From Bigelowiella natans CCMP2755 (lineage: Eukaryota; Protista; Cercozoa): DNA of 60,324 bases. Position numbers and translations under genes: made by a program. The notes beneath the pieces are model-generated. The model was not told where the DNA came from and did not search any database. It saw only the letters and a program-made list of their open reading frames with translations. Position 1 is the stretch's first letter, and the number at the start of each line of letters is the position of its first letter. The stretch is from contig ADNK01002627.1 of NCBI GenBank assembly GCA_000320545.1, positions 1 through 60,324 on the forward strand, written 5' to 3'. Positions 51,001 through 60,324 of the stretch are shown piece by piece.

Positions 51001-54000
51001 CCACTACTAGCACCTTTCAATCTCTCTCTACCAAAACTTGCTGTTTTAGCATCTGCATTATTTGATGCAAGAAGAAATTCGAGTTTTGTCTGCTTCAAGT
51101 TCTTTCCCGCACTGCCTCCAACATTTTTCAACGATGCAATGGAGGGCGAGGGTATCGGCATTGAAGCACCGCCACGGCGCGCTCTTTTCAGTTTCAAACG
51201 TTGGGTACTTTTTTTCCATCGATCATTTTTGCTCTGTGCGCCTTTGCCTTTCTTGAGTCGTCTCCCGCTGCTTCCTGCATTCATCATCGTTGTCCTACCC
51301 CCTCCTCGAAATTCTTTTCGCGTGAATACTCTCGTCCTCTGCCCATTGGGAAGCGAGATGATATCATAGCCATTAGCATCAATGCTGTCCGAATGTCTTT
51401 CTCTCAACCTCCTTAAACCCTCAACTGTCTGCTTCCGAGCTGCCTTTAAATCAGTGACAATACGATGAGGGTATGTGCGGCCAAGGACCACTCCTGCTGA
51501 ACGGAGGGTATTAGCATCAGCACTCCATGGGCGGTGAAGGTACCTGCACAATCACAAGAGAAAAAAGAAGATGTATAATTTCAACCACCGTTGTTACTCA
51601 CTCTTGTCTCAGCGTTATGGCATTTCTAAGCTAAATTAGAACTCAAGGCTGCGCGTGGCCTTCCCTACTTACACTACTTACTTCTTAGGCAAGCCCCTTA
51701 GCTCAGGCAGCCATCGCCGCACATACGACCCGGTAGGATCCTGAGCACCGGATCCAGGGTCCAACACAAAATTCCACTGATCTATGCCGCTGCGGCCAGC
51801 GTTTTGCCACATCATCGCATTAATAGCAGCATCTTCGTCGACGAGGGTGTCGGCGAACCACTCTCTGCCCCGCTCCCAGTTAATGCCGAGGTACTCGACG
51901 AGCAAAGAGGCCGCAACCATCCGCACCGACTGCTGCATCCAGCCAGTCGCCCAAAGCTCGCGCATGGCGGCATCGACGATGGGATAACCCGTTCGGCCCC
52001 TTTGCCAGGCTCGCAGGAGGGATGGATCGCGCTCCCCCTCCCATGGATGTTGCGCATAGTGCGCTCGTATCGGCTCCGTCTGCATGCGGGGAAAGGCCTG
52101 GAAGTGAAAGTACGCCAGGTCGCGCCAGAAAAGACGCCGCGAAAAAGTCTTGAGCTTCTCGCGCGGGAGGGTTTTCGATGTCTGTATGTCGCGCACACTC
52201 CAATAGAGCTGTCGGCAAGAAAGCTGCCCCCACCGTAGGTAAGGCGAGAGAGTTGAAACAGGCGACTCTCCAGACGCAGACTTTGTATGGACGTCGGCGC
52301 GCGATCTAGACTTCTCGTAATTACCTAGTTTTCGGGCCAGGAAAAGAGCTAATCGCTCCTGGGCTGCCTCCTCAGACGCAGGAGATACTGATGAGTGTGA
52401 CGTTATTGCCTGGTGCTGTATCTTCTTATTGGTTCTCTTCTTACTATCTCCTTTTCCATTGTCACTTCCTGCAGGGGTGGTGCTGACACCTCGCCAGGCA
52501 TCGAGCATATTGGAAGCCCACACGTTGCGAGGGCCTCCCCATTTTAAGGAACAGTCGTCCAGGTGGAAGCCATTACCATCTTTTCCAAGAATCACCTACC
52601 CGATGCACATGATGAAATTTGCATGTGTCAGCAGCACAGATAAGCACGGTGATAGTAAAGCCGACGCTACAGACCCGCATTATCTGGACAAACTACCACG
52701 CAAATAAAAATAAAAACAACGGCAAAGTCCATAGGTGCTTTCACTCAAACACTATCTCAATACAACTGATAATTTACTGACTACTCTTAAGAAAACAGCT
52801 TCAACCTTAAAATCACGCCACGGTGTTGACGAACTGATCTCTGTGATATACGGGTGGGGACATATCGTGCGTGGTATTGGTAAAGGTCGCGGCGGCTGAG
52901 GGAGCTTCTTGGTTGCTCGAACGTAAGGCATCAGCGTCCCCCAGTGTCCTCCGTTAAACCCGCATGGAACATCGACAGCGGCTGGCTCGTAGAGCAAATA
53001 TCCAGAAAACGAGGAGAAGGACACTCGCTGACAAGGGGATAGGGAAGAAAATGTAGGGAGGAGAAGATTGGTTAATATGTAATGTATAAGAGAAGCTGTG
53101 TTAGTAAGCGAATGAAGTGCAAAGTTTCAGAGTCCATCGAGCTTACTGGGAATCTCGACTTTAGCTGGCGTTCCAGTTGTCTATCCCGAGCCATAAGCAG
53201 CGGTTCGTAAACTCGATTGTAAAAGCTGATTAATCAACATATATTTCAGTCAACGAACCGTGCAGATTCTTCGATCTCGCAATTATATATATTGTCATTT
53301 AAGCACGTACATCGCAGTTGCTCCCGACTCTTCCATAATTTTTCCCAGGGCATCGGCAGCTTTCGGAGCCATTCGCAAGACGAGGGGACATCTAAACCTA
53401 CGGATGGTAATGAGCAGTGTGTGGGGGATGGAATAACATTACTTTTTTGGATGAAATTCAATGTGAATGTGAAGGTTTGTTCTTGTGTGTATTCTTTAGA
53501 TGCGCACGGTTTTACCTCACATTTTTCATCGAAATCACTCGCATATTCCAGCCACAGAACAGATGTACTATTTTTTTCTCATTAGACAGGTATACTAATT
53601 CTCTAAATGCTCCTCGAACAACTTCATAGAGTATCATCTCCATTACTACAACCAGTGCCTATGTTGTACCTTTGAATCAGAGAGTGATTGAGTCCCTCAA
53701 GTCCCTCCGTTATCCACGCCCTTGCGGCTGCTCCAGGCACACATCCCTTTTCCTCTTCAGGAGACCACACGAATACTGGCACAATCGATCCGAACGACTG
53801 CACAAGGAGGAGGAGGAGGAGGAGGAGGAGGAGGAGGTGGCGGGGGAAATTTTGTAAGCACGTGAGTGTGGTGGTAGCTTTAAGGGGATTAAAGTATGAG
53901 ATTATACACCTGCGCTGCGTGGAAAAGGGCAGGGTTATCCCTCAGCCGGAGGTCCTTACGAAACCAGACGATTGCTGTCCTTTTGTTCTTTGCGGGTCCT

Positions 54001-54032
54001 AACGACGCTGATGCTGACGATGAGGGAGCCAT
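50784..54032 (-). CDS. Cryptochrome/photolyase family flavoprotein (plant-like CRY/CryP type), multi-exon; upstream N-terminal extension possible
   Basis: AIVWFRKDLRLRDNPAL, GYLLYEP, STLSPYLRWGQLS, WQRGRTGYPIVDAAMRELWATGWM, DAAINAMMWQ, QDPTGSYVRRWLPEL, LHRPW and YPHRIV. Confidence 0.95.
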
Positions 54033-54559
54033 TTCTGGAGCGCGCTGCAGGAAAGAATGCGGTGCTGAAGCAAGAGAAATAGAGGAAGAGGGGAAGGCTG
54101 CAATGCTCGCGAAATGAACCGCAGCAACTAAAGCGACAGCCGTCGTCGTTACCCTGGCCGCAGCTAAGAGAAGCCGACCACCATTGATTTCTCCTACCGG
54201 GAATGCTCGTTGCACCTGAATGAAGACCAAATATCACTGCGACAAGTAATATAGTCAACATTTGACGAAATTCCCCTGGGTATGTACACGTACGCATGGA
54301 ATGCCCCTCACAATTAACAAGTCTCGGAGAAAGAAAGGCGAACTGACACCAGAGAAAGAAGCTGTTAAAATTCGCCCCTGAGCTCGTGGAATCCCGTCGA
54401 TGTTCAGCATGAGACAATCTCATGCTGTTGTCTCTAGTTCGAAAAGGCAGGCATATTTGCAAAATAAGCTTTGAGCCATTCTCAGCCATTCTATGCCACG
54501 AACATCGCCAGCTGGACTTGGAGATTTTTGAGATATTCTAAGGACATCTCTTGAGATCT

Positions 54560-55420
54560 CCGCTCGGCTCTGAAATCAAGAGAAGGATGAACGCAATTCT
54601 GCAATTCTGTCAAACAGACACTTGTGATGAATTTTGTCTGTGGCTGCGTGCAAACGCTTGTTCCCCATGCTGTTCTTATGCACGTAGTTCTTGCATCAAT
54701 GTGAAGTTCAATTCTCAATGTCTAATGACGTCGATCGTGATGATCTAGATGATTGCTAGATTGCGATGCTGGTGAACCTTGCACGTCGGCCAGGCGGCAT
54801 GATTCACAACGAAAGCGTTGCAAGTTGCAAGCTGCATCATGGTTCAAAAGATTCACACGCAAGTGGCTGCTGTCATTACGCAGTGCTAGAGTGGCAGTCG
54901 CAGTCTCAACTGCAGCTCGCTCTCATGAAACTTTGACAAATTTGTAGCGCGTACCACTACGCGGGCACAAGTCACGTGCGACAACAAAGGGGTTGTCGCG
55001 GATATAGAATATAGATAACGTAGATATTAATACAGCATAGGCACGTGGGTTCCGGCGGGACTCATGGCAGCACACCGGAAGTGTGCTGCCCCACGTGCGG
55101 CGGCATTCGCGAAAGCTTCGCGAATGATTACGCAGTGCACGATTTAATAAAAATATAATCTTTAATAAAAATAAACACAACTCTTCAAAAGGAAGCAAAC
55201 GTGCCTTTCCCCCCCCCTGCCTACTTGTGCACGTAGCGCCTCGGCCTGTGAACACCTTACGCGCAACAAATTTTGCAACTGTCAGACGTGCAGAACGCTA
55301 GCCAACGCCACACGCACATGATTTCAGCTAGTCAGGCACATGTTGTTTTGTGGATGCGTATGAACTGCATTCACTGATAACTAAAGTGCTAAATTGCATG
55401 ACACAACAACACTACTCACA
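54560..55420. other. TpA-depleted island hosting the solo LTR
   Basis: The flanks are TA-poor with CTAG retained, while the LTR itself is TA-rich. Confidence 0.75.
54943..55268 (+). mobile_element. Solo LTR of the gypsy family at 1-4535, with 4-bp TSD AATT
   Basis: 326 bp, TGT...ACA; no difference from 4210-4535 seen. AATT at 54939-54942 and 55269-55272. Confidence 0.95.
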
Positions 55421-55706
55421 TTTGTTCCAGTACCCGTACTTCTACGTCGTGTTCTTCTGTCATCCTGTCATGAAGAATGGTATTTTTTAAAGAATTGAGT
55501 TCATAGGGAAGGTGATACAATTAAACAAAAATTCTCAGGAAAGGCATTGCCTTTTGGAAAAACAAACCTTGTAATCTTTATCTTTCCCAAGCTCTTCAAG
55601 GAGGAAAACCTTATTGTCCAATATGTGGGCCTGTATTCCCTCCGAAAGTAAAAATCTAAGTGTAGAAAAAAATCATACGCCAGCATTTCATCATTTCAAG
55701 TTCTTG

Positions 55707-58528
55707 CTATGAGGAGTATAGAAACCTTGAATACGAGTCGTTGTCTAATAGATGAAAGACCTACATAAACACTTTTGAGCAAATATAGTTCTGCCATGTA
55801 AGGGTATAAACCTCTGCTTTAGCACGTGCAAGAAGATTGGATCCCTCTTCTACAAGCTCCGCCTTTTATCAGAATTTTAAATTTTCCACTATAAAGAAAC
55901 CAAATATACTTTATTTATGTACCATCTTTCCGTCTATCATTCGTCCTTGACTAAGACTGTTGTAGGATAAGAATATATGCTATTTTTTTAAGGGTTGAAA
56001 TGTTAAACTACAAATATTTTACTTTCTTTTATGCACCATCTGAATATTTGCTATGAAATCAAGAGTAAGGGACCTGCAAGACAAGATGTTAGTGGATGAA
56101 AGCCTATACAAAATACTAGTGCACTTTGAAGCCATGAATTTACGCTGTCGAGCTTGACGCACTATCCTGTGAAAAAACATAGTTTATACTTTACGGGTAT
56201 ATCGCATAAATGTACACGTACACTGAGAGTTGGTTCTTCTTATAAAAAAGATGGATTGGCTTCACATTGTACTCACTGAGATTGACCTGTAGTATGAGAG
56301 GATGATCTATAATATTTGCAATAGCATATGAATATAAATTGCTTGTTTACCTCAAATTTTGCGCCATTGGACAAATATTTATCATAAATTTGGGCTATTT
56401 TTATTATATTGCGAGGTGGCGCTAGTTTTGCCTGCCATAATTAAAAGTCAGTTTATAAGAAATTATGAGAATATGACATTTTTCATCACAGCTTTGATTT
56501 GAAGCTTTGTAACGTCCTCGTAAAATAGTAGGTTTTCAACAGCCCATTCTTTGATTAGATGCTCGCGAAATTTTTGAAGTGTAGGACGATGTGTGAGAAC
56601 GTTTAGCAATGGCGGCTTCAATATCTGATCCATACTTTAGTCAGGCATGATTTGTGCAAAATAATCATTTTGAACTAAACCTTCTCACTCAAATTGCAAT
56701 GTTCTTCAGTTGCCCTAATTATTGCAGGCCAAATAAGAGGAGAGTGGATCTATACTCCTAAATAAGCTTTTACCATAAAGCAGGCATCAAAACGATAACA
56801 ATCGCGAGGCTGAGTTGCTGAAGAACAGCTACGTCGATCTACAAATTCAATTGTGTAAATTAAACTAGGAGCATGTACAAATATCCAACAACTATCATAC
56901 CTGCATGTCTCTAATTGTTTGGGAATCAAATTCGCTTTCTATTATAGATTGTTTCAAATTATGCCAATAAACAATGTCTACAGACTTTCTTACCAATAGC
57001 AAGAGTTATCCCAGCGAGGACCAAGGTCAACACAATTGCAGCTGCGCACCTAAAATGACACTTTAATTCAGATTTATTCATACCACTGAATTAACTTAGT
57101 TGTGATTTTACTATTTACTTACCCTGCAATTTCTTCTATCTGATGAAAAATATCTTGTATCTACAACGGAAATATATTGAATTACTGATATCATTTGATC
57201 ATGTGCCATTATTTCTTACCTCAAGAGATCTAAATCCAATAACTATCACTCCAAAGAGAATAAGCAAGAACACCCCCGCATGAAAGCTGGTTTATAGTTT
57301 CGGATTAAGCATTTGATTTGTCTTTTTAGGTCCCCCAAAAATAATACACATTATTTTACCTACTATCTGGATAACAAGAAACCAGGGATCGAGTCTAAAG
57401 TAAAAAATCCTCGTTTCAATTTAGTTATTTTTTAGATAAAGAAAGGAGTGTTACCTCGTAGTTATTCGGGTTCGCGACAAATATCCCGATGATAGTTAAA
57501 AATTGAAGGAAAGAATACAGCAACCGATATTTTTGGTTAAGCAGATAATTGTTCTGTAAGAAACAGATATATCAACACACAGTAGCCTTAATTTTTTACC
57601 ACAGTACATGCACATTTTGTTCAACCCGCATGCAGCAGTTGTCATCTTCTGCGTCTTCCATCGCCTCTTCGATATCTACTTCTTCCTCTTTCAGTTCCTC
57701 AGTTTCCATTTTTAGAGAGGCAACTTGGCCACTGAAGGAAAATTAATGACTATTTACTTTTGTACTTTTATAAGGAATCTTTGATGCGTACGTGATTATT
57801 GGCGAATTCTGGGAACGAGTGGGATCATTTCTATCATTGAATTATGATCATGCATTGACACCGTTTCATACTGATAAATAACGATACGTTGGGGAATCCT
57901 GGAGTGGATTTTTGTCTCTGCCAGGTTGTGTCATCGCAAGGTATCGGATAGCTTTCTACCTCACGTAATTGGTATATGATTACTGTTAAACGTGTTAGAG
58001 TTTTCAGCCATCAAAGGGAAAACCTGCGCTTTTAGTTGAACTGTTACAGCGTGGAGAATACTATACGTCCGATATATTATAATCTGAAAGAAATAAAATG
58101 TGGCGCTTGCCTCTACCCGATATTAATATTGATTTCACCGTTGATATGATTGCAATGAATACTTGAATTAGACCAAAAGCGAAGACACACGGAACTAAAA
58201 TGTTTGTGGTAAGAATACTGAAATGGGAGACCGTCTAGGTTAACCTACCAAGAACTTCCCAAATTCTTGACATTTGAAGGACCATCCACATTAGCAGTAC
58301 AATTCCAGTAACAATAATCTAAAGAGCATTCGCTAAATCAAAACAATGTAACCCACACATGTGCATGTTAGTTACCGAACATGCACCACGGCTTCGAATG
58401 ACAATGTGATTTTTCTTCACGATGGTGCCATACAGTCCAATAAGAACGCATAAGAAAGCTGAGAAGAGCACGACACTTGCAATTGCTTTGTGGATAAACA
58501 CAGCCGTGCTAAACCCAAGTTCCGTCAT
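55707..58528 (-). CDS. Multi-TM (7TM-like) RGS-domain protein, many short introns
   Basis: N-terminal TM helices (IASVVLFSAFLCVLIGLYGTIV...IVIRSRG) and RGS motifs LNVLTH..TLQKFREHLIKEWAVENLLFYEDV, IYDKYLSNGAKFE/VNLSE and VFHLLDNDSYSRFL. Confidence 0.85.
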
Positions 58529-58699
58529 CTTCGAACCTGTTCCACCCGCCAAACCTCCACAAGCAGTGTGAGTTATGTGAGTTCTTGTGACTCTGAACGA
58601 ACTTTTAGTCTCAATTCTGCCCGACAGTGTCATTTCTTGTTGGGATTTACTTCTACGACAATTGTTTTTAGTAAGTTAGTAACAAAAAGGCATCCAATT

Positions 58700-59280
58700 T
58701 AGGTGATAGCGGAGCTCGAATGAGTCATCTCATCCGATGTCGATGAAGCACTAAGCTACATGACATTCACTCGTTTCAGAAGGAAGTTGTGGCTAGTTTT
58801 CTTGTCGCGATGAAGGAAGAAGCTGAGCTTTGCCTCCATCTTCAAGAACAACCGGGAAGAGCGTCCCAAGGACACAAGAGTGAGCGAATCATTTGCATGT
58901 CGCTAAGGTGAAATGTGCACCATTTTTGCAACAAGTGCCACCTCAAAACCTGATGCACTTTTTCCATTCATTCTTCCTTCTCATTGACTTTCACCGTTGT
59001 CGTCGTCCAACCTCTCTCTTCGTTCGGAGCCTTTCCGAAGAAAAAGGTGTCTCTTCGGCATCATGCCTTCATCTGAACAGTGTTTCAGCCATCGTGTTGC
59101 CCACTCTCTTTCTCTCTCTTTGTCTCTCTTTCTCTCCAGTGCATGCAAAAAAGCAGCGTTGGTGCAATGTGGCTAGCAACAATGAAAACGCAATTCCAGC
59201 GCATGAGAAGTTAGCTTTCTAGCACAGCTCATTCTGCTCTGCCCTGGGTCGCAGCACGAAGGCTCTCCTGACAGCCTGCC
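58700..59280. other. TpA-depleted island between divergent gene starts
   Basis: 58801-59222 has 4 TA by eye (CTAG twice, CTAA, TTAG). Confidence 0.8.
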
Positions 59281-59495
59281 GACGATAATTTCGGTATTAA
59301 TCTATGGTGTTCTAGATTGGTCGTCATACATTTTTGCGTGTCGCAGTCAGTAGCAGGATATATTTCCTAATTATTACTTTTTTGCTTGAATTTGCATGTC
59401 GCATCTCATTTTCGTGCATTTATATTTTTTTAGATAGTTTTTGGTATAATTTGATTGTCGCGTTGCAATTTTGGCCTGCTGTGATACTATTAAAG

Positions 59496-60324
59496 ATGGC
59501 CGGCCGTGGTGGCTTCGAAGCGCTTGATGACGAAATGGTAGCGCCGGTGTGGGGAGGGAAGTACGAATCTTCCTTGCCTCTGCCGAAAACCACAACCGTT
59601 AGATTACATTGGAAAGGAAAATGTTGGATTGAGGCAAGTGTTTGTCTGTTGATACTTAGGATGACGATGGCAGCTACCTCGATAACGAGTAAGTATTCAT
59701 TTCCTTCTTCGCTTCTCACCCAACTCTTTCATTTTTCCATCTCGATAAGACTGATAACTGTTACAACCCTGCACAGACGAAGCTCGGATGAGCCTGCGCA
59801 GACAGTGGAGGAGCAAGAGCAAAGGTATGTGCGCCATCATTTAAGGGGGGGCGGCGGTATTTTAGAGCAGTTCTTCCCGCTAACGTTAAGTTGTGCATTG
59901 CTTTGATTGAGTAGACAAATGCAAGCAATAGACGATGGATTGGACCGAATAATATCGAAAACAGATGCCATCCATGTACCAACCAAGCCTTTTAACATTT
60001 CCCGAACGAGTGCACGAGTAGGAGTGTTATCCTGAGAAATCATGAACATTCAGATATACCTCTTTCGTAATTTTATGTATGATTACCTGTGGTTGAATGC
60101 TCCAGCGTACTGGCGAAGACACAGCAGCCCAACTTATCGCCCAAGGCGAGACAATGAGGTACTTCCTTCATTCGGCACTACGGCGAGTCGATAGATTGTA
60201 CATTTGTGGACTTGACATAGAAGTTTTGACATAGAAGTTTTGACTAAAACCGCATTTCGTATCGCTATTTAGGAAAGCCATCGATGATTTAGAAGATCCA
60301 AGAGGTGGATTATTAGTGCGTCCG
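59496..60324 (+). CDS. Probable Qb-SNARE (NPSN/Vti1-like), partial, multi-exon
   Basis: Inferred spliced sequence QMQAIDDGLDRIISKTDAIH/RTGEDTAAQLIAQGETMR/KAIDDLED fits a Q-SNARE heptad motif. Confidence 0.55.

Overview
Intron-rich eukaryotic (protist/algal-like) nuclear DNA; a chlorarachniophyte-type host is a guess. About nine host genes: a DUF389 membrane protein, two signal-peptide proteins, an aldo/keto reductase, a long coiled-coil protein, an Abi-like/proline-rich/WH2 actin regulator, a cryptochrome/photolyase, a 7TM-RGS protein and a probable Qb-SNARE. Three mobile elements: a Ty3/gypsy retrotransposon (1-4535) whose gag-protease block is inverted between 166-bp inverted repeats, an apparently identical solo LTR with AATT target duplication (54943-55268), and an internally deleted Polinton-like virus (38265-43620) with ~355-bp TIRs, penton, helicase-HNH and nuclease genes and an intronless host-like cargo gene. 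The most striking unexplained signal is a set of ~1-kb, mostly intergenic islands from which TpA has nearly vanished, apparently replaced by TpG/CpA, while CTAG survives. All four substitution sites between the two PLV TIRs are TA/CA/TG interchanges. This points to a localized, context-specific TpA-eroding mutational process (the reverse of RIP). Exon boundaries and dinucleotide counts were read by eye and are approximate.
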